From positions 1-64,000 of the forward strand of contig DAORZT010000006.1 of assembly GCA_035359995.1 (NCBI GenBank): a stretch of DNA of 64,000 bases, read 5' to 3'. The stretch is from Bacillota bacterium. Lineage in GTDB: Bacteria > Bacillota > UBA4882 > UBA8346. Under the pieces are notes generated by a model. The model saw nothing but the letters and a program-made list of their open reading frames with translations, searched no databases and was not told the DNA's origin. The position numbers and the translations under genes were made by a program. Shown here piece after piece: positions 1-8,784 of the stretch; position 1 is the first letter of the stretch; every line of letters starts with the position of its first letter.

Positions 1-71
1 TCAGAAACTTAATATATTGAATTTCGTTAATAGAAAAGATGATCTGTCTCGAGTAAATTATTGCAAGCTAT

Positions 72-100
72 TAACAGGTTGTCCCGATTATGGTAGAATG
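72..100 (+). promoter_or_regulatory. Putative sigma-A promoter for the ABC exporter: TTAACA, 17-nt spacer, TG-n-TAGAAT
   Basis: A -35-like ttaaca at 72-77, then a 17-nt spacer and tggtagaat (extended -10). An AGGGGG RBS lies at 162-170 before the TTG start at 174. Confidence 0.4.
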
Positions 101-173
101 TAAAGATGCTTTATGATGATATTAGATCGTGAACTGCTTAATTATTTGATTTAAAGATTTAAGGGGGATCTTT

Positions 174-2255
174 TTGTATAGACGATTATTTCAATATATC
201 AAACCGTTTAAAACCCGAGTGGCAGCATTATTGATTATTATGCTAGTCCTGTCAGCGCTTACTGTGGCTGAGCCGGCGACTTTAGGTCTCTTAACTGATG
301 CGTTGTTTTATCCCCGTTATGGTATATCGTTGCAGTCGTTTGGAATTGAGCTTCCGGATGCCATTAAACAGGAATCCGGAGTTGATGGGCAAGCTATCAT
401 TGCGCCAATTGAAGACACTAAGTTGCTATCTGCTAAGGAAAAGCAGGTGATCCTAAAAGTCTTTAAGGATAGTAGAGTCGAGATCGAACAGGTGATTGAT
501 GGAGATTCAAAGCTTAATATCAGCTATCGTTTACCTGAAGGGCTCGATAATGATGTCAAATTTTTAGAAGAGATTAGCCGGCAAATCGCCGAACAAGGAA
601 TTAAAGTGAAACTGGCTAAAGTAGTTGAGCCGTCAACCCATATGGGCCAGGGTATTTTAAAGCAAGTTCCAACTATTTTTATTATCCCGATATTATTAAT
701 TTTATTGCAGTTTATTCGGGGAATATTTATGTATGCCCAATATTACCTGGCAACTTCAATGAGTCAAAAAGTTATCATGCGCCTTCGTAATGAACTGTAT
801 GCTCATTTGCAACGTTTATCAATTGGTTTTTTTGAAGATAAAAGCACAGGTCAGTTAATGTCGCGAGTAACTAATGATGTTGGAATGATTCAAAACCTGT
901 TTTCCAATATTTTAGTAGAGCTGATTGTTGAGCCGTTCATTATTATCTGGGGAATTATTTATTGTTATCTGTTAAATCCCTATTTGTCAACTTTTTTGTT
1001 AATAGTGATCCCCTTAATTATGTTACCAATTAATAAGTTCAGTAAAAAGATGCGGAAGATTGGAAAAGAGGTGCAGCAAAAGACCGGGGAGATTACGGCA
1101 CACTTACAGGAGACACTTTCGGCGATAAGAGTAGTCAAAGCTTTTGCAATGGAGCAATATGAGATAAAACGATTTGGGGAACGGAACCGAGAGAATTATC
1201 GAATTTATATGAATGGTGCCCGCTTGCAAGGTTTATTAACGCCAACTATTGAGTTGTTTGCCGTTACGGCGTTGTGTTTGCTGGTATTAATCGGTGGAAG
1301 AGCCGTCCATTATAACCAGATGAACCCTAAGGACTTAATTACCTTTGTGTTGATCATTGGTTATATCTCAAATCCGGTGAAGCGGATAACAAAACTGATT
1401 GGACAGATCCAACATTCATTGGCGGCGGCGGAACGAATCTTTAGTTTATTAGATGAGCAACCATCGGTCCAGGAGCCAAGTGACCCCATCATCCTTCCGA
1501 AACTCAATGGGGAAATTGAGTTTAAAAACGTTTGTTTTAACTACGGCCAGCCACCGGATGTTTTAAAAGATATCAATTTAAGGGTAGAACCAGGACAGAT
1601 CATTGCGCTGGTTGGTCCCAGTGGTGCCGGAAAATCCAGTCTGGTTAATTTACTGCCACGGTTTTACGATCCTTACCATGGTGAAGTTTTAGTGGATGGG
1701 ATTAATATCAAGGAGGTAGACTTAGTATCACTCCGTTCACAGATGGGAATTGTCCCACAAGAAAGTATCTTATTCCGTGGGACCATCTCTGATAATATTG
1801 CTTATGGCCGACTCGATGCTGATCCTGAAGCAATCGAGCAGGCGGCTAAAGCGGCCAACGCCCATCAATTTATCTTAGATTTACCGGATGGGTATCAGAC
1901 AATGGTTGGTGAACGGGGAGTGACACTGTCTGGCGGTCAACGTCAACGAATTGCCATCGCCAGGGCATTATTGAGAGATCCCCGTATTTTGATCTTAGAC
2001 GAAGCTACTTCAGCATTGGACACTACTTCCGAGGTTTTGGTCCAAGAAGCTTTGGAACGACTGATGCAAAACCGGACTACTTTTGTAATCGCCCATCGAT
2101 TGTCTACAATTCAGAAGGCTGACCTGATTGTTGTGCTTGATAAAGGAGAGATTGTCGAGAGTGGAACGCATGAGCAATTATTACAAAAACACGGGTTATA
2201 TGCGAAATTGTATCGGCAACAATTCCGGAAAAATGCTCCATCAGATGAAGATTGA
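174..2255 (+). CDS. ABC transporter permease/ATPase fusion (MsbA/ABCB-type exporter) with a ~110-aa extracytoplasmic insertion between TM1 and TM2
   Basis: 693 aa with a TTG start. TM helices are followed by an NBD carrying Walker A GPSGAGKS, the signature LSGGQRQR, Walker B ILILDEAT and an H-loop. Residues ~35-160 form a hydrophilic loop after TM1. Confidence 0.85.
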   Translation: MYRRLFQYIKPFKTRVAALLIIMLVLSALTVAEPATLGLLTDALFYPRYGISLQSFGIELPDAIKQESGVDGQAIIAPIEDTKLLSAKEKQVILKVFKDSRVEIEQVIDGDSKLNISYRLPEGLDNDVKFLEEISRQIAEQGIKVKLAKVVEPSTHMGQGILKQVPTIFIIPILLILLQFIRGIFMYAQYYLATSMSQKVIMRLRNELYAHLQRLSIGFFEDKSTGQLMSRVTNDVGMIQNLFSNILVELIVEPFIIIWGIIYCYLLNPYLSTFLLIVIPLIMLPINKFSKKMRKIGKEVQQKTGEITAHLQETLSAIRVVKAFAMEQYEIKRFGERNRENYRIYMNGARLQGLLTPTIELFAVTALCLLVLIGGRAVHYNQMNPKDLITFVLIIGYISNPVKRITKLIGQIQHSLAAAERIFSLLDEQPSVQEPSDPIILPKLNGEIEFKNVCFNYGQPPDVLKDINLRVEPGQIIALVGPSGAGKSSLVNLLPRFYDPYHGEVLVDGINIKEVDLVSLRSQMGIVPQESILFRGTISDNIAYGRLDADPEAIEQAAKAANAHQFILDLPDGYQTMVGERGVTLSGGQRQRIAIARALLRDPRILILDEATSALDTTSEVLVQEALERLMQNRTTFVIAHRLSTIQKADLIVVLDKGEIVESGTHEQLLQKHGLYAKLYRQQFRKNAPSDED

Positions 2256-2283
2256 TAATTATGTGAGCCTAGAAAAAATAAAA

Positions 2284-2325
2284 GCCCACTTTCCGATTGA
2301 GCGAGAGTGGGTTTTTTATTGGCTG
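2284..2325. terminator. Bidirectional intrinsic terminator between convergent genes
   Basis: Hairpin cccactttccgattgagcgagagtggg with an A-run upstream and a T-run downstream. Confidence 0.6.
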
Positions 2326-2338
2326 TTATTTAACAGTA

Positions 2339-2920
2339 TTAATCTTTAATCTTCTTTAACAACCAGGCGATATTTTCAGCTAAAGAGTTCATTGTATTTA
2401 GACCTTCGGCATCGGTTTCGACATCGCCTGGTTCCCGGCCGATACCAAGATTCCAGTAGCTTGAACCTGGTATGATCATTTCATTGATCAAAAAGAAATC
2501 ATTGATTGCGTTAAAAGTAATCAAGGCTCCGGCCCGTCGAACAGCTACGATGGCTGCTCCTAGCTTTCGCCTTAACAGATAACCATTCCCACGGGTTACA
2601 TATCCGGCACGGTCGATTAAAGCTTTGACTTCGGCAGTAACATTCGAAAAATATGTTGGTGAACCGATGATTATGCAGTCTGCGGCAATCATTTTGGCAA
2701 TACAGGTATTGATGATATCATCATCAATTACACATTTGGAATTTTGGTTGACCCGACATTGGCCACAAGCCATACAGCCTCTAACCGGTTCACCTCCAAG
2801 TTGAATGAGTTCAGTTTCAACATTGTGAGTATTGAGTTGCTCAAAGACTTTGTTGATTAAACGTACGGTGTTCCCGTTTTTACGGGGACTACCGTTGAAA
2901 GCTACAACTTTCATCATTAA
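2339..2920 (-). CDS. NADPH-dependent FMN reductase / iron-sulfur flavoprotein (Isf-like, flavodoxin fold)
   Basis: [17 protein letters not shown]-terminus and a CMACGQC cysteine motif. GGAG RBS. The start is probably ATGATG at 2917-2920 rather than the ORF-track start. Confidence 0.75.
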   Translation of the reverse strand, partial: LMMKVVAFNGSPRKNGNTVRLINKVFEQLNTHNVETELIQLGGEPVRGCMACGQCRVNQNSKCVIDDDIINTCIAKMIAADCIIIGSPTYFSNVTAEVKALIDRAGYVTRGNGYLLRRKLGAAIVAVRRAGALITFNAINDFFLINEMIIPGSSYWNLGIGREPGDVETDAEGLNTMNSLAENIAWLLKKIKD

Positions 2921-3232
2921 ACACTCCATTCTTGAAAAGATGTTATTAAATCAGTTGAATCAAAACAAAGGACGGCGAATTACCCTTTACATTAAGGTGG
3001 CGCTTGTTTGTAACATGATCTGTTTAGCTTGTTTTCAAATTCATTATTCCTTAAAAAGGGAAGAATTCCTTCTATAATTATAGTGTGAATTAAACAAGTT
3101 CTATAATTTCAAATCGGGACATACTATTAAAGTAACAGTACTATTATTAAAGGGATCCAATATCATTCTACGCCTTACCCCCATTCAGATGGGGGAGACT
3201 GTTCTTGCCTGAAGGCAAGAGCTTGATATAAA

Positions 3233-3262
3233 AAAGTTGGCACGGATGCCAACTTTTTTAAT
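3233..3262 (-). terminator. Intrinsic terminator downstream of the 78-aa gene
   Basis: aaaaagttggcacggatgccaactttttt: a perfect stem flanked by A-run and T-run, so functional on either strand. Confidence 0.6.
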
Positions 3263-3283
3263 GATATTAAAATCAAACCAGTC

Positions 3284-3520
3284 TTAATTACTGATTTTAT
3301 TGATTAAGGTTTTGAATTTGTCACCTGACATTAGTTCATGGGTGATAAATTTGCCATTATAGAAAATGCTGAAAGTCGTAACCGGTGAAGTTGCATTTTG
3401 TGCGGCTGTTTTTGAATCAAATTTGATGGTTTGGATTGGAATGCCAAGTTGATTGGCGATCGCTACATACTCTGCAACATAGGAATCGGTATATGGGCAT
3501 TGAACAGTGTAGGTAAGCAC
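3284..3520 (-). CDS. Small hypothetical protein with a possible YoaP-like/thioredoxin-like fold (78 aa)
   Basis: GTG start with a GAGGGA RBS. No confident family assignment from the sequence alone. It sits downstream of the WYL regulator in the same orientation. Confidence 0.45.
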   Translation of the reverse strand: MLTYTVQCPYTDSYVAEYVAIANQLGIPIQTIKFDSKTAAQNATSPVTTFSIFYNGKFITHELMSGDKFKTLINKISN

Positions 3521-3697
3521 CAGTCCCTCGGTATTAGCTACAGTAAGCTTCTTGGCGTTTGGTTTGAACTGCGGTAGGGGTGCTTCATCAAATTGTTTGA
3601 CTGATCAAAAAAGGTTTTAAAGTTTGTGATTCAGCAGCGCCTTACTTTGAGCTGTTAGTAGGATAACATCTTTCTGTGACACCTTTATGTCAAGGTT

Positions 3698-4618
3698 TTA
3701 CTTGTAAGAATCAATAATTTGTTGTGCAATCTGTTTTAATTTGTCCCTTACTTCAGTAGGGTCCACAACTTTAACTTCGGCGCCGTAACTTAGGAGGGTA
3801 CTGTAGAGCCAAGCATCATTATAAAAAGTAGTTTGGACCAGCAATTCCCCGGTATCCAAAGGTGTGATTTCTTGTGCATTAAAGAAATCTTCAACTACTA
3901 CGGTTGCATTGGGAGAAAATTTGAGGGTCAGCTTAATTAAGTCACTGGTAGATTGGAATCTTTTTAGATAATCATAATAATTGTAGGTCCGTCTTTTAAA
4001 AGTTTCGGTTAAAATTTGGAATTCTTTAATCCGTGATAATCGAAATAAACGATAATCGGATTTCGTCTGACAATAAACAAATAGGTACCACGAGAAACCT
4101 TTATATACCAGTGACATTGGTTCCACGATTCGGGATGAAGGAATTGAATTCCGGTCAATATATTTGATTGTGATGAGCAAATTTTTAGTAATGGCAGTAT
4201 GAAGTTGTTTGATTTTGGCAATTTGGTGTTTGACATATCCCCAAGGAAGGATGTCAAAGATTATTTGCTCAAAAATAAATGGTTCTTTATCTGCAGGAAT
4301 TAAATTACTGACTTTTTCAATGGCTAAGTCGATCTCTTGGTCGTTTAAGGCGGAATTCAACCCTTTTAAAGCTGATAAAATAGCAATAATCTCATTGAAA
4401 GAGAGCATCTGGTGGTTGATCTTATATTTTTCAACAATGCCGAAACCACCATTGCTTCCAGGGTAGCTTACAATCGGAATACCGGCTAAATTGATTGTTT
4501 CAAGATCACGGTAAATCGTCCGTACCGAGACGCCAAAACGTTGAGCAAGATCTTTAGCCGGGATTCGCTCTTTATTTAACAGGAGAATAACAATTGCCAA
4601 TAACTGCTCGATCTTCAT
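3698..4618 (-). CDS. WYL-domain transcriptional regulator (YafY/DeoR-type HTH + WYL + C-terminal domain)
   Basis: N-terminal HTH (LAQRFGVSVRTIYRDLETI) and the overall architecture of the HTH-WYL family. The start abuts the upstream nitroreductase gene with a 2-nt gap. Confidence 0.8.
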   Translation of the reverse strand: MKIEQLLAIVILLLNKERIPAKDLAQRFGVSVRTIYRDLETINLAGIPIVSYPGSNGGFGIVEKYKINHQMLSFNEIIAILSALKGLNSALNDQEIDLAIEKVSNLIPADKEPFIFEQIIFDILPWGYVKHQIAKIKQLHTAITKNLLITIKYIDRNSIPSSRIVEPMSLVYKGFSWYLFVYCQTKSDYRLFRLSRIKEFQILTETFKRRTYNYYDYLKRFQSTSDLIKLTLKFSPNATVVVEDFFNAQEITPLDTGELLVQTTFYNDAWLYSTLLSYGAEVKVVDPTEVRDKLKQIAQQIIDSYK

Positions 4619-4620
4619 TG

Positions 4621-5448
4621 TCAGATAAACTCCACTACTTCATCAACGTTGTTGCGGGCAGGGGGTAGTGGTAGCTTTTCATAACGTCCCATCCAGATTA
4701 AAGCAGCAATCTTTTCGTATTCAGCAATATTGAGTAGTTTCCGGATTTGAGCGGAGTTTACTTCTGGGTCTGAAACATAACAGGCACCGACATTGTAATA
4801 ATGGCTGGCCAGAAGAATGTTTTGGGCTGCGGCTGCGGCATCGTGGATTGGGATATCAATCTTCCCGTCATCATACAATCGAAAATCAGCCACAATCGCA
4901 ACGATGCAGTATCCCATCGCCCCGGTTAGGTTATCACTGTTAATTTGGTTTTTTATCTGTGGATCTTTAATGATAATGTAACGCAATGCTTGTAGATTAC
5001 AGGTGCTCGGTGCCCAGGTTCCGTATTTAATGATCTCTTTTAGGATATAGTCAGAGATCGTTTCGTTGTTAAAACAACGGATTGAACGGCGTTGTGTCAT
5101 CAATCGTTCAAAATCATCCTTGCTGATATTGATCTTCTGCTTATCCGACCAGGGATAATTAAACCGCGGGGAATTATTGATTGCTTTTAAAAAGAGCTGT
5201 TCAATTTTTTTAGCCCATTGAATTACCGGTTTTTGGTCGCCATATTTTTCAGAGTAGACAGCTAACCGGGTACTAAGTTTTGTTAATTGCGCTTCCTGAA
5301 AGTTGATATTTTTCCAGAGGTGAAATAACTGCAGCTGTTGATCCAATTGGTGGGCAAAGAGACGAATTTGCGCCAATAATACCTTTTCGGGCAAGTTATT
5401 TATCTCCTCGGGATTGAGTTCGGTTTTTATATATACTTTATTTTTCAT
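4621..5448 (-). CDS. Nitroreductase-family flavoprotein with a ~110-aa N-terminal extension
   Basis: The C-terminal 165 aa show nitroreductase motifs (RRSIRCF ... GTWAPSTCNLQ). The N-terminal part has no obvious family. Co-oriented and contiguous with the WYL regulator. Confidence 0.7.
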   Translation of the reverse strand: MKNKVYIKTELNPEEINNLPEKVLLAQIRLFAHQLDQQLQLFHLWKNINFQEAQLTKLSTRLAVYSEKYGDQKPVIQWAKKIEQLFLKAINNSPRFNYPWSDKQKINISKDDFERLMTQRRSIRCFNNETISDYILKEIIKYGTWAPSTCNLQALRYIIIKDPQIKNQINSDNLTGAMGYCIVAIVADFRLYDDGKIDIPIHDAAAAAQNILLASHYYNVGACYVSDPEVNSAQIRKLLNIAEYEKIAALIWMGRYEKLPLPPARNNVDEVVEFI

Positions 5449-5472
5449 ATAATAGTGCTCCTTTGAAGATTG

Positions 5473-5572
5473 ATGATTTAATCATTTATATTAAGGTAAT
5501 ATTTGCTATCAATGTAATTATATCATTACATTGTTGTTCCTGCCTATTTTTTAATCATGGATTCTAATCATT
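5473..5572. promoter_or_regulatory. Divergent promoter region containing several palindromes
   Basis: atgatt-t-aatcat at 5473-5485; aatgtaat-N6-attacatt at 5511-5532; extra TAATCAT copies at 5552-5558 and 5566-5572. Confidence 0.4.
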
Positions 5573-5624
5573 ACGATTCGACCATATAGATTAAATAATA
5601 GCGACTAATCACAGGGGGCTACTG

Positions 5625-6872
5625 ATGAGGGTACTGTTCTTAAAAAAAATCAACCTGCTAATCGGGGCATTGTTACTGACATTGCTAACTTTTTCACTGG
5701 TGATCTATCCAAAAGAGGGGGTTCAAGCGGCAACTGCCGGTCTAAAAATATTCTGGGAGGTTGTTTTCCCATCATTATTGCCTTTTTTTGTCTTGTCAGA
5801 AATCTTAATGGGGATCGGAGTCGTCCATTTTCTTGGTGTATTGTTGGAGCCGTTAATGCGTCCGCTCTTTAACGTCCCTGGAGTTGGAGCATTCGCATTA
5901 TCAATGGGTTTGGCAGCAGGATATCCTATGGATGCCGTGATTACGGGGAAATTTCGGCGTGCTAATATGTGTACCCGGATTGAAGGAGAACGGCTGTTAT
6001 CATTCACAAATACAGCCGATCCGCTCTTTATTTTTGGAGCAGTTGCGGTTGGCATGTTTGGCCGACAGGAGCTGGGTTTCATTATGGGGATAGCCCATTA
6101 TATTGCCAGTTTTACGGTGGGGTTTATTTATCGGTTTTATAGAGCTGATCGTCAAGAGAGTAATAAAGAACCAGAGGTTATTTTACAAAGTAATATCTTA
6201 CATCGGGCTGTCCGGGCTTTGATCAAGGCACGGCAAGAGGATGGAAGGACTTTTGGGAAACTGATGGGTGATGCGGTTAAAGAATCCATGAGTACAATCC
6301 TGATGATTGGTGGATTTATTATGTTATTCTCAGTTTTAGTAAGGATGTTGGAGGTTTTTGGGATTTTGACATTGATTACACCGGTTATCGGCGCGGCACT
6401 TAAAATTTTCAACCTTGATCCGAGTTTAGCCAATGCAGTCTTTAATGGTATTTTAGAGATTGACTTGGGAACGATGGCTGCCAGTAAAGTAGCAGCACCA
6501 CTGGGAGATCGGGTGATTGTCGCCAGCTGGATTATTGCCTGGAGCGGTTTGTGCGTGCATGGTCAAGTTGCCAGTGTAATTAATGATACTGATATTCGGA
6601 TGGGACCTTATATGATTGCGCGATTGCTCCACGGTATCTTCGCTGCATTTTTTACCTGGTTGCTGTTTATCAAAATTTATCCGGTCATAGGAGTTATGGA
6701 GAATGTTATTCCAGTGTGGCATGGTTATAATCCACTTGAGCGATTGATTTTGTCAGGGCGGCAAATGCTGATTATTGTGGGAATATTACTCGTAGCATCA
6801 TTTATTTCATATTTGTCAAATAAGTATAAACTGGTCTACCTGAATAAAAATAAAACTGTTAAAGAGTTATAA
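5625..6872 (+). CDS. ylbJ: YlbJ-like sporulation integral membrane protein (nucleoside-recognition/Gate domains)
   Basis: 415 aa, polytopic. The conserved Gate-domain segment LEPLMRPLFNVPGVGAFALSMGLAAGYPMDAVITG is present. AGGGGG RBS. Confidence 0.6.
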   Translation: MRVLFLKKINLLIGALLLTLLTFSLVIYPKEGVQAATAGLKIFWEVVFPSLLPFFVLSEILMGIGVVHFLGVLLEPLMRPLFNVPGVGAFALSMGLAAGYPMDAVITGKFRRANMCTRIEGERLLSFTNTADPLFIFGAVAVGMFGRQELGFIMGIAHYIASFTVGFIYRFYRADRQESNKEPEVILQSNILHRAVRALIKARQEDGRTFGKLMGDAVKESMSTILMIGGFIMLFSVLVRMLEVFGILTLITPVIGAALKIFNLDPSLANAVFNGILEIDLGTMAASKVAAPLGDRVIVASWIIAWSGLCVHGQVASVINDTDIRMGPYMIARLLHGIFAAFFTWLLFIKIYPVIGVMENVIPVWHGYNPLERLILSGRQMLIIVGILLVASFISYLSNKYKLVYLNKNKTVKEL

Positions 6873-6912
6873 TTTGAGCTGATAAATAAATCCCCCTGTA
6901 TGATGAAGATTG

Positions 6913-6940
6913 ACGTCGGTGGTGACGTATTTTTTTTTAT
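6913..6940 (+). terminator. Intrinsic terminator after the ylbJ-like gene
   Basis: gacgtcggtggtgacgt followed by T9. Confidence 0.7.
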
Positions 6941-7095
6941 AATCAATTAATAAAAATACATTTAAACAAATAATATCTAGAGTTTAAACAGTTGAGATTA
7001 CAGGTTTTGATATTGAATTTCATAATACGGAATAAAATTATTTGTTTAATATGTATACATTATTATTCGTAATCAAAAAAGGAAATGTAGCGGTT

Positions 7096-8526
7096 TTGTT
7101 GAATAATATGTCAAACGAATATGGGTTGGTGAAAGACAAAATGATTAATTTTAATAAACGTAGTAATACGTTGGAACAGACGGAATATATTTATATGCTT
7201 CAAGATGTTAGTGAACCGCATCTTTACCGACATCTCTTCAATTATGAGGAAGTTCCTAAAGTTGCTTTTAACCATCGTCATGTGCCAATGAGACCGCCGG
7301 AACAGATCTGGATTACGGATTCGACATTTCGGGATGGGCAACAGGCGCGTGAACCATATACAGTTAATCAAATTGTTGAAATTTTTAAATTTTTGCACCG
7401 TTTAGGCGGACCAAAGGGGATTATTCGGCAGACCGAATTCTTCTTATATAGCAAGAAAGATAAAGAAGCTGTTACCAAGTGTTTAGAGTTGGGTTATGAT
7501 TTCCCAGAGATTACGAGTTGGATCCGCGCAGTTAAGGAAGATTTTCAACTGGTTAAAGATATGGGTCTTAAGGAGACGGGGATTTTAGCCAGTTGTTCCG
7601 ACTACCACATCTTTAAAAAGCTGAAGATGACTCGGAAGCAAGCGATGGAACAATTTCTCTCAATTGTGAAAAGTGCTTTGGAGATTGGAGTTATTCCGCG
7701 GGTCCATTTAGAAGATATTACCCGGGCTGATTTTTACGGGTTTGTTGTTCCTTTTGTTTTAGAGTTGATGAAGCTTCAGGAAGAGACTAAGATTCCGATC
7801 AAGGTCAGAGCCTGTGATACGCTGGGTTTTGGAGTAAGCTATCCGGGTGTTGCTTTACCAAGGAGTGTTCCGGGAATTATTTATGGTCTGTGGCATCATG
7901 CCGGTGTGCCAAGCGAACAGCTTGAGTGGCATGGGCATAATGACTTTTACAAAGCGGTTTCAAACGCCAGCACCGCATGGCTTTATGGTTGTTCGGGAAT
8001 AAATTGTACTTTGCTTGGTATCGGTGAACGAACCGGTAATTGTCCACTGGAAGCAATGGTTTTTGAATATGCGTCGTTACGGGGAACACTTGATGGAATG
8101 GATACTACGGTAATTACGGAGATCGCTGATTACTATACCAGAGAGATCGGTTATCATATTCCACCAATGACGCCTTTGGTTGGAAGAGAGTTTAATTTTA
8201 CCCGCTCCGGAATTCATGCTGATGGCTTACTAAAAGATGAAGAGATCTACAATATTTTTAATACGGAAAAACTGCTAAACCGTAAAGTTGTTGTGGCTGT
8301 TAATGAACATTCAGGAGCAGCAGGAATTGCCCATTGGATCAACAGTTACTTTAACTTAAAGGATGAACGGCGGATTGAGAAACGGGATCCAAGAATGTTA
8401 AAGTTAAAAGAATGGGTCGATAAACAATATGAAGAAGGACGCAATACGGTTATCGGAGACCATGAACTTGTCGAATTCCTTCAGGCAGAGATTCCGGAGC
8501 TGTGGGAAGAGGTTAACCGGAGGTAA
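7096..8526 (+). CDS. HMGL-like (LeuA/NifV family) synthase, a homocitrate/2-isopropylmalate/Re-citrate-synthase-like enzyme
   Basis: DSTFRDGQQ catalytic motif of DRE-TIM aldolase-type synthases. There are HxH metal ligands (WHGHND). The start is uncertain: TTG at 7096, or ATG at 7108 or 7141. Confidence 0.7.
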   Translation: MLNNMSNEYGLVKDKMINFNKRSNTLEQTEYIYMLQDVSEPHLYRHLFNYEEVPKVAFNHRHVPMRPPEQIWITDSTFRDGQQAREPYTVNQIVEIFKFLHRLGGPKGIIRQTEFFLYSKKDKEAVTKCLELGYDFPEITSWIRAVKEDFQLVKDMGLKETGILASCSDYHIFKKLKMTRKQAMEQFLSIVKSALEIGVIPRVHLEDITRADFYGFVVPFVLELMKLQEETKIPIKVRACDTLGFGVSYPGVALPRSVPGIIYGLWHHAGVPSEQLEWHGHNDFYKAVSNASTAWLYGCSGINCTLLGIGERTGNCPLEAMVFEYASLRGTLDGMDTTVITEIADYYTREIGYHIPPMTPLVGREFNFTRSGIHADGLLKDEEIYNIFNTEKLLNRKVVVAVNEHSGAAGIAHWINSYFNLKDERRIEKRDPRMLKLKEWVDKQYEEGRNTVIGDHELVEFLQAEIPELWEEVNRR

Positions 8527-8535
8527 ATTGTGGTG

Positions 8536-8564
8536 AGTTAGAAAGGACAAATTTTTGTCCTTTT
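8536..8564 (+). terminator. Intrinsic terminator
   Basis: aaaggacaaatttttgtcctttt followed by ctttg. Confidence 0.6.
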
Positions 8565-8589
8565 CTTTGTGTAAATCAAGAGGTATCTA

Positions 8590-8715
8590 ATGACTGAAAT
8601 AGAAAAAAACCTTAAAATAAATGTCAAAGTTAGTATCGAAGATAATTTTGTCTCCAATTTGATTAAAGTTAAGAAACTATTACCAATAGGTAAAAAAAGT
8701 ACTAAAAGAGAATAA
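8590..8715 (+). CDS. Small ORF (41 aa, Lys-rich) with a strong RBS; hypothetical small protein or leader peptide
   Basis: AAGAGGT RBS 5 nt before the ATG. Product MTEIEKNLKINVKVSIEDNFVSNLIKVKKLLPIGKKSTKRE. Absent from the ORF track because it is under 60 aa. Confidence 0.3.
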   Translation: MTEIEKNLKINVKVSIEDNFVSNLIKVKKLLPIGKKSTKRE

Positions 8716-8784
8716 GTTTGATAAAATATAAACTGGTCATAATAGATCAAAATATCAAAATTAGAAAACGAGGAATAAATAAGT

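Noticed and set aside
2128-2349. 73-aa + strand ORF overlapping the 3' end of the ABC exporter and the terminator
   Set aside because: Out of frame within a confidently called CDS and running through a terminator hairpin. No RBS.
2832-3077. 81-aa + strand ORF
   Set aside because: Antisense to the start of the flavoprotein gene and its promoter region. AT-rich chance ORF.
4009-4466. Two overlapping ORFs (82 and 85 aa) inside the WYL regulator gene
   Set aside because: Embedded or antisense within a well-supported CDS. No RBS.
5723-6722. Three minus-strand ORFs (119, 93, 89 aa) inside the ylbJ-like gene
   Set aside because: Antisense to a polytopic membrane protein gene. Typical frame-shadow ORFs.
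8538-8750. 70-aa minus-strand ORF in the synthase-rlpA spacer
   Set aside because: Low-complexity Phe/Leu/Ile-rich product typical of AT-rich antisense noise. No RBS. The + strand small ORF at 8590-8715 with a strong RBS is the better candidate.
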